Origin: Balanoglossus misakiensis
Lineage: Eukaryota > Animalia > Hemichordata
Direction: 5' to 3'
Length of the DNA stretch: 64,000 nt
NCBI GenBank assembly: GCA_040954595.2
Contig: CM082591.2
Span: 4,991,009 to 5,055,008 of the forward strand
The notes beneath the pieces were generated by a model. It ran no database searches. It was not told the DNA's origin and was given only the letters and a program-made list of their open reading frames with translations. How positions within the stretch are numbered: position 1 is the first letter of the stretch; the number at the start of each line of letters is the position of its first letter. A program made the translations under genes and the position numbers. Of the stretch, positions 25,390 to 38,977 are shown one piece after another.

Positions 25390-26430
25390 TTAAATCCTAC
25401 CCCGAAGAGATATCATGTCACCGATTTTTTCAGTAGCAACAAAGCATTTTCGACGACAACCGCCATCAAGATAGTTGGAGAAATTCAGTATAGAAAATTC
25501 ACCACCTTGTCTGATGAAAGATGCAAGAAATATGATCTGTAGGTTATCGCGTATGGCAATGAGATACGACACTAAATTATCTGGCTGGGATTTTGTTCCG
25601 AAAATATAGCGAGCCGTTAGGAAGAAACATTATCAAAGAAGCTTCGCGATGCCACGGATATAATATATAAATGGTGCGTGCCTATGGGCCTATCCAAGTA
25701 ATAGGTAAGATTGGTAATACATTATAGTCGAAGCCACGGCGGATGTCGCGAAGACCGGCCTGCGGCATATTCTGCGCTGAACAGAACTCGCAGATTGGGG
25801 ATGTACGGTCTTGTCGACAGGTCCAATTGTCGAGACGTGGAAGAATAGAACCATCGGTGAATGAAGCAACAATAGCCTGTGTATCAAGCTACCACTAATG
25901 AACATAGAATCAATAATAATCTAAAAACCCCACGGCTATAGGGACGTTGAAACACTTTGTGTGTGCTTTCGTTTAATTTCATCAAGCCCGTCGAAACGTA
26001 TCGCACGAATTATCACAATTGCAAAGCATTCGGTTTTTTTTTCGTTTATCGAAACGTAGCTTTGATATTCTTTTCCGCTTCTTAAGAGGCCACATTCCTC
26101 GATCCCCACTCATCCGCAAATGACAGGTTTAAAAAATCTTAACCAAGGATTGGAAAAACAGTCATCTATCAACAAAGACCGACGGTAGCGATAATCGGAT
26201 AAATCGTAATAGCTTTTTGATTTGCTGATAATTTCCGCTTGTTCTGCTTTTGCAAGGCAGTAAATGTCTGCTCCTTTGATTATCGAGGTTTCAACCTCAT
26301 CGAAAGTGTACAGTAGAGCTATATCTTCCTGGTTGATGGAGACAAACACCAGCATATTGTTATTTTCCAGATTTTTAAGGGGTCTAATATAGTGGACAAT
26401 GTCGAGTAAACACTCCTCATGATAGTTTTT
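25390..26430 (-). pseudogene. Stop-poor ~1 kb frame, probably decayed coding sequence of unknown origin
   Basis: ORFs 26110..26355, 25690..25905 and 25390..25572 share one reading frame. Hand translation gives about 6 internal stops in ~347 codons. Confidence 0.3.
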
Positions 26431-29400
26431 CTATGTTGAAATTACCTGAACATGCACCTCTATCAACAAATCCAGTACGATGACTTATTTTTTTCTTTAT
26501 ACCGTTTAATATAGTCTACTTTTGACACCCTTTGTGTAAAATTCAAGAACATGAAAATATTGATTTTTCATGAAAAATTCAACATATAAGACTATGGAAT
26601 ATGGTTACCATGCACTGCATCTGGGTAAAGTCCCCTATCTTAATAGAACTTGTAGTGCAAACCCTAGTATCGAATTTCTGTTTTCGTTCCTTCTATATTT
26701 GCTGCATTTTCTCTTTGAGCTCAATCTGTCCTGATCATTACACTTACACAGTTTTCTATTTCCTGTCTCCTATACTCCTATCGCTCACCCTCCTCGCTCA
26801 AGTGGATGCTTGCTTACGCTCTCAGCACTGTACGACCGTTTACAAATATATATGCTACAATATTTAATATTCGCAGTGGGACATCTTCGCGTAGCCCGAG
26901 TCCATTCTATATATATAATTTGAGAAATATATCAAAAATGGATTGGTTGGTTCAATAATAATGTCTGCCAAGGGCGGTGCGTACATTTCCAAATTATGAC
27001 CGGAGTTCCAACATATTGTTATCGTTAAAACTGCAGGTGGTCGTGAGATATTTTTTTCATGTCATGTTTATCAAGTCTCGGTGATTTTTCTCTCTCCGAA
27101 ATGTAATAATCGTGATGTCGTATTTATGGTGTATCATCCTGCATTAGTTCTGTATTGTACGTTGGAAATCTAATATATTTTGTTCGGAGGAACGGAAATT
27201 GCCTTTACGTGCAGAGAGGGGTTTTGGCGGTCTTGCTCTTACAGATTTAAATAACGAAGTAATGACTAATTGCCATTGATGACACAGTTGATTAGTATGA
27301 CAGAATATCCTGAGATAACTTTGTTAGATTTTATGAAAACGGACAGTCAGTTACCTGGGCCACCTATACATGTACCTACATATGTATGTCTGTCTACCTA
27401 GTTAACAACCAATATGTACAACTGCTTGTGTGTCTTATATAAATATGTTTACCCCCCCCCCAACAACAGTAAAATGTGCATGTTAAAGAAATAAATCGTA
27501 TCAAATCAAATTTGCCAGTGATGTTGAAACTTGTAAAAAGAATTCTGTTTCAGGAATGACAAAGTTGACAAGGCAGTTAGGAATGGAATAGGATGACATG
27601 AAATACGGGTAATAGATCACCACATTGAGTGTTAACGTAAAAGATCGTCGTTTTACCAAAATTGCAATTCAATAAGTCATGACCGAACTTGCTTGCACGA
27701 AGTGGAAAAAAGTTAGTTTTCATCGCCTGAGATTTGTTCCGGATTCACTCACAATGCAATGTTCAGAAATACATCAAATTCTAAATGCATCGCGGAAACG
27801 TTATCAACAATGGCTCGTGATCGCCTGCATTGGAGTCAATCAATGTCCTATTCACGTCACATCACACTGGTTTAGAAGTTAAAAAATAATACAACAATGT
27901 CAAATTAGAGTCATATTAATGGCAGTGGATTGAATATGAAAAGAAAATCTCGACTTTACTCAGGCTGGATGGAACAATGGCGAATCAGATAAAAAACATG
28001 GACGTCAAATCACCGATTCACTGGTTGTCGTTCCCGGTAAATATTTACCCATTTCATTAGAGGCAAATATTCCGATCTCAGCGCGCTCTTTAACAACGCT
28101 CGACTGGATTTATTCACGTGCAATATTCATACGCTTCATTTTGAATTCAAAATGTCGCTCTCAGATATGTTTACACTTCCGTGATTTTTGGCTTTACTAA
28201 TTTTCTGGTCCTTCCTGGGGACCGTCCGCCCTCCCCCTGGAAAGGGAAGACCAATGCGAGAGGAGACCCCGTAGATCATGACACGGGAAAACGTGATGTC
28301 ACCACCCGGTGAAGTATCCGAACTGACAGGATGTAACCAAAGTCCTTCACCCAAGGGTTTCGCTGTTGTAATTTGCATTCCCGGAGTGAATGCGCGTCGT
28401 GATTCGATTAGCATATCGTTCATAGAACACCACCTTCACCTAATTGCGACAAAAGACTCTCCCCTCCATTAAACATCAAAAATTGCCTTATCGGGCCAAG
28501 TTTTCTTCAGCGTAAAATGAAGTATTGTAGAGACAATTCAGATCCAATTTTTCGCAGATGCAAAAAATGCTAAATTCACAGTGTCTGTTGACTGTTACAA
28601 ATTTTAAAAAGTTGCAATTTTAACGTGTTTCAATTTAGGCTAATCATTCCGAAGAAAACCCTTACTGGTTGCAAAACTATACACCCTTGGCAAGATTACG
28701 GCTTGGGTAGAAAAATGTTAACAGATTTCGATCCATAAACTACAGTTAAAGGACAACGGATATCCCGGAGCTGGGAAGTACTTGTAATACTAGAGGATTT
28801 TATCTCTTGTCTTCCATTAACCCCATCACAACAGCAAGCAAAGTAACCTTCCGCGTACATAGGGTAATTATATCTCGGGGTCGCCAGCTGCAAGTGGGTG
28901 GAGCTTTGGCTAAAATATTTACTATCCAACGGCCAGACTTACGATCATGCAACGCGAATTGTGATAATTATTTACGTGCGATGGAAAAACACATAAAAAT
29001 AGAAAAAAAAGATGAAAACGAACTGTTTTTGCTGCCGGCAACAAGCATAATGCCGTTTTAATTACAGTCTGCTTTTAAAAATATTTTGTCCAATGGTGAA
29101 AGATACGTCTGATTTTTTCGGCATTTCCTTTCAAAAACCTAAACTCTGATAAAATAAAGTAGTTAAATTCGGAATTTCCCATCGTTTTAATGACGATGTG
29201 GATATTTATTCGAAAACTATTATGTAAATTGATTGACAGTTCTGGGCCAAATATTTAATTAACTCATATTTTTAAAGAGTTTGGCTCCTTAACCTTTCTT
29301 TCATTTCCAGATTTCCAGATTTCAAAAATGTTGACATGTTAAAACCAATCAGAACTTCCATTGTTTGGAACACTTCTGAAAGCCTGTATTGTTCGCATGT

Positions 29401-30356
29401 TCTATCCTTTATAATGTTGGGAATATTAGAGACTAATTGATCCCACTATTCAATGGTAATATTGTCGCATTACCGTCGGCATCATCACCATCAATGTAAT
29501 AGACCCTTTACTGTCAAATGTATGAAAATAAACTAAGGGATTATAATCAGACCTGCGAAGGCCAAGGCTCAACAATGTACTCTGGGTGCGCATGCACAAC
29601 GTCAAACTATCCCAGCTTTGTTGTTAGCGGCTACAGGCACATAGCCAAGTCTCCACGCGGCGGCCGCATTGATTTACTTCGCAGATTCACGTCACGCGGG
29701 CTTCACTGAATTATTCATATGACGCAACGCACTTTGTGTTTCAACATCTCTGCCATCATAGTTCTTTCAATCGCGACCGATGATCTGTAATTCAGTGAAC
29801 ACGGCGGCCGCGATCTATCGCAGGTTCTTGCGAATAGCCCCCGAGAATCAGCCTCCATCCGTGGAGATAACGCATACAAGATTTGACTCTTAACATGCGC
29901 CGCAATCTCTCGTGTAAACGATTCCTGCTGAAAGCCGAATTCAACGCACAACACACAGCTGGCCGGAAAAGTTTCGATGCCCTTACAACAAATTGACCGG
30001 ACGGCAGCCTATCGAACTAACTGCAGCCTAGAATTTAGGTTAGAACGCGATGAATTAGGCGGCTGAACTACAGGCGAATGTGCCTTCTTCCTTGTTCAAA
30101 GTTAAACTAATTATTAGTGGTTAATTGCACTGGCTTTTCCTACATATGAATCTCTTTATCTTCCCTCTCTCTCTCTTTAGAAAAGAGCCTCAACTAAACC
30201 AGGAAAACACTGCTTTCAAGGATTAGAATTTACTTAGAATTATAATTTTCAAGGATTAGAATATTATGTGTAGAGCAACTTACCAAGTTCCAAAGAGTTA
30301 CAATAACGTAAAGGCTTAAATCTTTAAGCAAGAAAACACGGTATATCTTCACCTGA

Positions 30357-30492
30357 ACCATCTTAGATAATGTAGATAACAGTATAAAACCCCGCTGTTT
30401 AAGTAAACCATCGTACATAAAATAGATAATAGTATAACACTACGTTCTTTTAAGTAAACCATCTGAGATAAAATAGATAACAGTATAAAACC
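30357..30492. repeat. Degenerate ~50-bp tandem repeat, about 3 copies
   Basis: AACCATC...ATAA..TAGATAA.AGTATAA recurs at ~30357, ~30406 and ~30457. Confidence 0.7.
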
Positions 30493-33400
30493 ATTGCACG
30501 GATTTGCAAAGCTATAAACGTCTTAGCCAACTGTCTTTGTAATTTGATGATCGTCCTGTCCAACGACAGCAGTCCGATTATACGATGCCAGTGATTAGTT
30601 GTGACCCGCGGCACCACTTCGCCTGATAAACGAGACTGCAGACAGTATGTCAAAACTATTAGTTTTGAGTTTGATCTATAACTATGACGTAACGAGGCAG
30701 ATTGCTTCCTATTATTTAAATCGACGATAAAGAGATAATAAATGCCGTGCACTGGGAAAGGCAGAAAAGCATTAATTATTCACGGGTCATCAAAAGAACA
30801 TTAAATGAAATTATTTGAAACCGATGCACAGTTCTGCAAGTTTCATATTTTGTGATGACGTACATTCGGTGATCGCCTTAAAGCACCTCTGCACGTTTTT
30901 TATGGGGGTGTGTATTAGGTTTTTGGGGATTTGAAATCATACTATAGGTCCATATACTGTAAAGTTAATAGGTATAGGTGCGTGGGTGTGTGGAGATAGC
31001 TAGCTAGAAGACTCTGCACAATTTAATGGAGAGAAGAACGTACGTACATAGCTTTTTTGCGATAGAGAGGTTTTAATCTTATTGCTGGTGCTAATCTTTA
31101 GATGTCTGGTGAAATAAAGTCAAAACAATGTATTGCAATTATTGTGCAAATCAACATATTAGGCAGAGAGCAACTGCATGATACGGAGAAAGGGGTACCT
31201 CGTTTTCTGATTAGTAGTATGAACATTTGCTAATGCTACAAAGCAACCATGAATATGATCGAAGGGCAGCTAATCTGTATGGGGAGGCGGACTTCGAGCC
31301 GTGAGTAAGTCGTCAGTATTAAAGTGTAAATTTATTCCTCAAATGCCACTTGAGACCGCTGTTCACAAATACACTTACAAGAGATTCAGTGCAAATCGCA
31401 AATGTAATCGACACGGACTTAGAGATATTGAACAAGTAGCACAAATAAACTAGTTAAGATTATTCAGGTATAGTTTAACTCATTTCCGGTGTCTGGAATT
31501 CTTCTAGCATTAACTTTGAGGACTACTTTGTGCATTTTTTTTCAAAACATGTGAATACAGTGTAAAACCTGTGTGGGTTTGTTACATTCCTTGGGGCGCC
31601 ATAAGTCAACAAATTGTCGTCAGCATTTTTCGCTACTGTGTGCAGAAGCGAATACTGAGACATTGGGGTGATAACAATCTTATGTATCCGACCAAAACTC
31701 AAGATTTGGTTGAATATTCAAGCCAAATTAATCTATAAATTTTACATTCAATTTTACGTGTCACCATACTCGCATTTCGATTAAAAAAGAAAAGTGAAAA
31801 AGTTTGAGTGAGTTCCACAAGCTAGAAGAACTACATTTTTTGTGCAAGTTATCTCTGAAATACGATGATGAGTGGTCAATTTCTGATGCAGATTTTCTTG
31901 TGATTTGACCTGTTTGCATGCAGCATCAGGTATCAGGCGTTGATACCATCAGAGAGTGTCGGTATACATTTAGACGCCATTGCTAGACCCGAGAATGGGT
32001 TTGGGGCGATCGATTTGGGAATTGACGGAGAAAAAACATCCCAAGCATCAAGGGAATATCAGAATCGCCACACACAGTCAAAACTGTGTCTATACCAGTG
32101 AAACTTCTAGCACTGAAACTTGAACACAACTTTGAGACAAACATCCGCTCCCGTGTTCTCGCAGGGCAGATATCGGCGTCAGTGTGTCTGTCAATTGGTG
32201 CGACATATCAGATATGAATCAGATTCTGTGTAAATCGACTTGTACATGATTCGAACTCATACCAACCACACGAATTCGCGCAGCAAACAAGTTAGTCCAG
32301 TCAAAAAGCATTAAAACCACATCTCCAAGCCCAGATACTTTGTCTTGTAATCTAAAGATACAGCGAATGACGAAAGGGTTTTCATACACTTACTGGAAAC
32401 GATTAAAGTAACTTGTGTGCATTAAAATCTATAATTATGAACAGCAGGTTTCAATATTAGAACCAATCTATTAATTGTGAAAGGATTTGGAATGCAAGAC
32501 TAAATTAAGAAAAAAAACGACAGGTGTCCCTATTTTGATCACATTTATGAGGAGATGCAACAATTGTTTGAAGAATGCAGATAAACAGCTGCGGGGATTG
32601 TGAAAAAGACATGAATATGAATTTTCTTGGTTTACCGAGAATTTGTGAAGATAAATCGGGTAGAGTGCCGACATCAAGCAGACTGTTAGTTTGTCACATT
32701 TGCAGAAGTTCATTTTCTTTTGTGCTGACGTCACCCGAGAACAAATAGCTTGGGCGGCGGTGACATTATCTTTTTTGATAGGGACCGTCATCTTCATCAT
32801 CATCACATGTCGTCATGGCGACTAACAAGACAGCGGTGCGATGCATGGCTCGGGTGTTCCATCGTGCGTGTCTAATTGCGATTTGGGGATCTTGGGGATT
32901 TGATTGATTGGCGCCAATTTCGCTCCCCCTCCTAATAATTGTGAAAGGAATACGCGTAAAAGTAGCACATTGCATAGAGCTTGGTTTTATTTGTCACTAA
33001 TCTGATTTGTGACACATTTGTGACAATTTGTCCTTAATCTAATTAGTTCCCATGGCGTGGCAACATACAAGTGTACATTTAAAGGACATTTCATTAATGG
33101 TATTTTCATAATTGTTATTTTATCAGATCATTGGCAAACAGAATGCCCTTTTCACTTGATCATAGCGTTTTGGGGTGAGATTTCTTGCAAACAGAAATAA
33201 CTTAAGAATATTTCCCCACTTAAATGGGCTTATGATTGGCATTTAAGGGCCCTTATTAAGTTTCCGTATTGGTAGATCTGCCAATGACGTTCCATGCAGT
33301 GACACAATTTTTAATATACAACTTCCATCCCGTTTATTTTGGCGAATTTTTCACTCTTGTGTCTACAAGTGGGATGGAAGTTGTGTGTGGTCGAACGTTG

Positions 33401-34008
33401 ATTCACTATATATCTTCATGTAGAATAACATAAAGGGTGTCTTGTATCAAACATAATTAATGGAAAAAGGGCAACGAGAGAGAGACTGTGTCCCTTTAAT
33501 TGAATGACACCCGATGACATTTCCATTTCTGTGATATGGTTCCCTAGCATCCAATGCCCATCCTCTTGTTCTTTCACATTTGTTTAGGTCACCCACAGTG
33601 TACTCGGATCCCAATTTGCGGTATCAGATTGTTATCTTAAGTAAGAATATCCGTCTTTATTCCTCGTTATTTCGATTTGGGGGTTATTCGAGGTGGACCC
33701 TAGAGATGCGGTACAGACAGATGGGATCATGACAGTCTCATTTGAGCAGACAGAAGCGTTTCGTTTAATCCACCGTTAATGAAAATGTGGGTTTCCGGGG
33801 CCGAGGTCCCACTGGAACACTTTCCAAACTAATACTTCGTTGGATTCCCACAGGAAACGTTGTGCGGAACTTAGATATATGCGACCTGAGTAGCTAAGAA
33901 TCTACTAATGCGAATCACTCACTATAGGGTTATGGGCTACGGTTTTGCCTAATAAAACTCAGTAAGGCTTCCATACGAACGATTATCACGCACATACTTC
34001 CAATTTCA

Positions 34009-34254
34009 CATACATACATACATACATGCATACATACATGCATACATGCATACATACATACATACATACATACATACATACATACATACATACATAACTT
34101 CACATACATACATGCATACATACATGCATGCATACATACATGCATACATACATGCATACATACATACATACATACATACATACATACATACATACATACA
34201 TACATACATACATACATACATACATACATACATACATACATACATACATACATA
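34009..34254. repeat. (CATA)n microsatellite with CATG variants
   Basis: Direct inspection. Confidence 0.97.
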
Positions 34255-35550
34255 ACTTCAGCTACCCACTAAATTCTGTACTAAATTACCAATGTAGCTC
34301 AATTTCAAGCAAAAGTATATGCATAACTATGTTAAATGTTTCCCGTATTAGTATGCCTATCAGACCTGCTCTGTATGTGTTTGGTGTTACAAACCAAGTA
34401 ATCGTTTCATTTGCGTATTTCCATATACTATGCGACCGGTTTCCAGAGACCCTTCGCTATGTACTTAAAAAAGGTTCCCAATGGATAGGTATTTAACGAC
34501 AATCGATGGAACGGTTGTCGTCGAAATCTCTTCAAATCACCATTGAATTGGAAAAAACTCAAACGACAAAAGGAAATGATTTATCACCCTCTGCTAAGCA
34601 GTCTTTTTGTATTTTCTTTTCGCGAGGGAGCGATAAACGCGCGCGGGAAATCTCACAATTGCGCAAATCAACATGACTATACACACGCTTAGGTGATGTG
34701 AAAACATGTCCTACTGTGCATTGCGGTTTTCAATTACATCGGCGTCCATATAAATAGAACTCTGCCATTAATGACATTCAAAATGCAAATGTCAACGCAT
34801 AACCATCGAATTAGTGATCCCAATACCTTCTGAATATCTTTGCATGCTAATGTTTCATACAGGCATAACCCTGCATGTACGTAAAACATTTGGCAGATCA
34901 GAATAACGTATTGCATTTTAAAGCCCCAGTTACTCTAACTTTGGGCTATTTTGTCAGCAATTTTGTTTTAGATAACCTACTGTGGTACTATGAGAAACAA
35001 AGATTTGATTAGTATTTGGTTTTCCATCACATCCCTTTTTGTAGCAATCAGCACTGTTAATGTTGAAAATTGAAAGTTCCTCATATACTGGCTTTGTATA
35101 TAGAGACTGACCATTTCGTGAAACTATCCGGAGTAGAACAAGAAACCGCAGCTGACACACGGGAGGAAATTACCGAAAAATAAGCAAAGGTTACAGTTAC
35201 TGGGCCTTTAAGGAGCGATTAGTGATACCTTCCCCTTCAGCTAATTTCAACGTCCTAAGTGATTGATAGAGCGAACGAAATGAAACGGCTGATGATCACT
35301 GTCAGATTTTTACTTGACGAGGTTTTCCACTACCTTTACATCTAGCCTCTCGTCTGCTAAATGGCAAATGCGTGTTTGCCACTTCTTTGATCTCAATGAC
35401 TGCCGCAACAATCGGGGGGAACGTTAAATCTAAATTGCATGAGACACTGACCTTTTCATCAAGGCCGTCTACAAATTCAATAGTGCAACCGCTTTGTTGA
35501 GGAGCACACTTTTTTCTGGATACATATCATTTGCACCTTGCTTGGGTGTA

Positions 35551-35652
35551 CAGTGAAACCTGTCATTACGGACACCTCTCTAATCAGGACACCTCACTAT
35601 TAAGGGCATGAGTTCTGGTCCCAGAGGTGTCTTTAATAGACAGGTTTCACTG
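35551..35652. mobile_element. Tc1/mariner(pogo)-type MITE with TA target duplication
   Basis: TA|CAGTGAAACCTGTC ... GACAGGTTTCACTG|TA, a perfect 14-bp TIR, with internal GACACCTC/GAGGTGTC sub-repeats. Confidence 0.85.
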
Positions 35653-38600
35653 TACATGTTTTCGATTATTTTTCACAGGGTGTCCGTATGGACATTATTA
35701 TTGATCAAAAGCACTGAAACAAAATTGTAAGCCACTATGACTTCTTGACACTAAGGATTTACCGCGGGTTATGCAACAGCACTTTCAGATCCATTATCCG
35801 TGAAATACGTCAAGTTCTTTACTTTTCGTTGCACTTAAAAGACAATTATTAAACTGTATGGTTACGTAACTTCCATTCTATTAAATGCTTTGAACACGTA
35901 TTATCAAGATAAAGCCGGATTTATCCTTCAGTTGGGCAATTGCTCGAATATAAATATAAATAATACATTAAAATTTACATGAGGCAGTGTATATAGCCTT
36001 TATGAATATTCACGTCAATGCATGCCATTTTTGGTCACATTAATTGATTTCGCTGTTGTCTGGTTCTTTGAATTGTGACGTCATAGTTATATCCCTATCT
36101 AAGAATTTTGGCATTTAACACATAAGCAGCTTCGGTGTATTCAGAAAGATAGTCCTTATATTACCGTGGATTTTATCGTCACTATGTAGAACCTAACGTG
36201 AACGCTAGATGAGTACGAAACTCACTTTTCTGGTTTTGATAGAAACCGTGATTATCAGGTCTGGATCTTCAAGACCATCTGGAGGTTAACAAATTATCTC
36301 GTTTGTTTTATTTCTGTGTGTTAGTTTAAAGCGGGGAGGTCGGGGGGGGGGGTGTAAGAATATACCAAATTCTCGAACGATTGCGATCTTAAATGTCTGC
36401 GGGACAACCGTATCTAGTTTTTTTTCAACTCGAGATGATTATTGTGAATCCTATTGTCACACATCTTCTTATCGCTGCCTTAACACACTATATCACCATC
36501 TACATAGCATTGAACTGTAACTGGAAATTTAGGCTCGCTTACTTATTTATATTTCTCGCAGGCGGTTTTAACAGTTGACGTGTACGATAGTAGACTGAAC
36601 GCACAGTTGTTTCATCAATAATGTACTTCGATCCCGGCCGTGTGTTTCATTGTGACGGAGTCGATTAACATTTCGGTGGCCGTGTCTTTGAGAGCGACTC
36701 ATGGAGAGACGTCAACACCGTAATGTACATATGTCCGGAGGGCCGCCCGAAAATCAAAGCGGCAGATTTTGCTAATTACAACCCACGTCAAGTTAAATCT
36801 CCTGTCCAGGAAGAACAGGTGCATAGCTCGGAGACCAGGCATGCTATATTCAGAAACATTCGTAATCTAACTGTTTGTGGTTATCTTTGCTGGCGCACAA
36901 TGGAGAAATCACTGCCTCTGTGTTCACAGTCACTAACAAAATAAACGCATGCAAGAAACATAGTCTGAAAATCTGGGTATTAGCCCTTATCGTTTTCTTA
37001 GGTATCCAATTATGCTAATTGGAATTCTAGCGCCAATGTACACTGGGATGTAGCAAAGTACATCTCCGAAGTTATTTTGAGGAATTTCAATTTTCAAGGA
37101 TTACAAAATTCTGAAATTCTTATCTTGATCTGCATAATTCATCACCCTCGAGATATCAGTTTTTGTAGACCAGAGAGCTTGCCAGCATTGTTGCATTCTT
37201 GTCAACAAAGCCGACACCTCTTCGATATCCCAGGTTCTTTGCGAAAAGTCTTGGAGTGCCTATTTTGTTCGGACAGGGACCTTTGTTGCGAAAACACCAC
37301 CAGCGATATTGTGCATTAAACTGATGACAGTATACATTCCCGCTATTCGTGTAAGGATGCCCCAAATCCGACACCGATATCGCGGACGCAGTTAGTGCGA
37401 CAAATCGAACTTACAATGTCAGAGGATCCTTGTGAACGATCGCTCGCTCGTTAAAGACAACTCACTTGTAACTATAGAAGTACACAGTTAGAAAAATTCA
37501 ATTTCTGATCTAGGTGACGAGGGTTGGCAAGTGTTCAAAGTAATATTAACATACAAGGTTCAGGTAAATCTATATTTCTAGACAGTCACATGCGTATAAC
37601 GACGTTCATGATCGAGATAAAAGGACTTATATCAAAGGGCCAGGTTTCAACTTTTGAAACCCGAGAAGGTTTGAACTGGGTAGGACGTAACATAGACCTG
37701 ATGCTAACACTCAAAAACCGTATGTACGTTCATAGCCAGAGTACAGGGTATGTCCGACTTGTGGGCATACTACAAGCATGCAAGCTCATTCGATAGTGAT
37801 AGAATACCTCAAGGCAGACAAAATCGAAATACTGTCATGCCATGACAGGAAAATTGAAAACATCAGCTTTATGACAGCTGACAATGCAGCAGGCAACTCC
37901 AACTCGCGAGCTCTTAACAACATCCCACTCTCATTGGAGATTATCACAGTGACGTCATAATAAGGTGACGTGGCTTGCTGAATATAGTTACTGGCCGGAC
38001 GCATTTTGGAGAACCAATCAGAAGACAGCAAGCGACGTCGTTTTCGAGCGTAAAGGCCACGAGCTTGGATATTTAAGTTGCAATCGAGGGCGGAACATTT
38101 CAAAAAAGGTAATTAATTCGAGACATGGCATTTTCGAACGAGAACAATCCCCAAGCAAGCAGCACTAATGAGTGATTATTCAATCATCTTCGAGTCATAT
38201 CGAAATATGGAAGCTAGCATTACGTTCTCAATGGGCAAATGTACTTTAGACCAAAGGTTCACTGAATAAATTGTCAACGTGACAGACTACAGCTTGATAA
38301 ACGCGATTAAAAATACAAATTCCAAATAGAAGAAAAAACCACACCTGTGCATTCTTTGTCCAGGTTGCGCTTAGCAAAGTCGCTATATATTTTCCTTTTT
38401 GTAATCAAAACTCAAACACTTTTTTCTGCCGAGCTTCCATTTCTTCGTTCCAGACAAAAAAAAAAACAATTACTCCTGTGACCAGAGTTTATCAATGCAC
38501 ATACGGCTGTTGTGTTCCTTCTACAGAATTTAAAGATCCTGTACGTGCCAGCTTATTATTATAATTATTCTATTCCGGTTAAAACAAATTTGACGTCATG

Positions 38601-38880
38601 TAAAGTATCTGACGAAATGACGAATGTTCTGAAAACTCCTCGAGGGACTAATTAAAACAACTTACGACGAGGAATTCGAGACAGAAATAGCTCATATCTT
38701 CCAAGCCCCTCTGTTTAGGGCGTCCCCCATCTCCATAGCAACCCACCTCCACAGTTACATCAGCAGATACGGCGTAATAATGGTGCGTCAGAACACGACA
38801 CCGTTAAATTAGCAAAACCTCATTTTTCCTAGGGAGGGCCTCATGTCCTCATGCATATTCATAAGGCATTTCAAAGAAGG

Positions 38881-38977
38881 TTTAAACTGTCTTGGGGTTT
38901 GTGTCATTCAGTGAGGCTGATCATCAACACGTGGACACATTTTTTTTCGTTTCCGACCTAGCAGTTCTAAGGTAAGA
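38881..38977 (+). promoter_or_regulatory. Candidate core promoter and non-coding first exon (~38910-38971) of precursor 2
   Basis: TTTAAA at 38881, TCAGT Inr with A at 38910 (-29), ATG-free exon, strong donor AAG|GTAAGA at 38972. Upstream are a CRE (38591) and TGCGTCA (~38784). The link to the 43501 exon is inferred. Confidence 0.5.

Noticed and set aside
33906-33929. T7 promoter-like string TAATGCGAATCACTCACTATAGGG
   Set aside because: Only 13 nt match exactly, with an insertion and a mismatch upstream, and there is no flanking vector sequence. Chance match.
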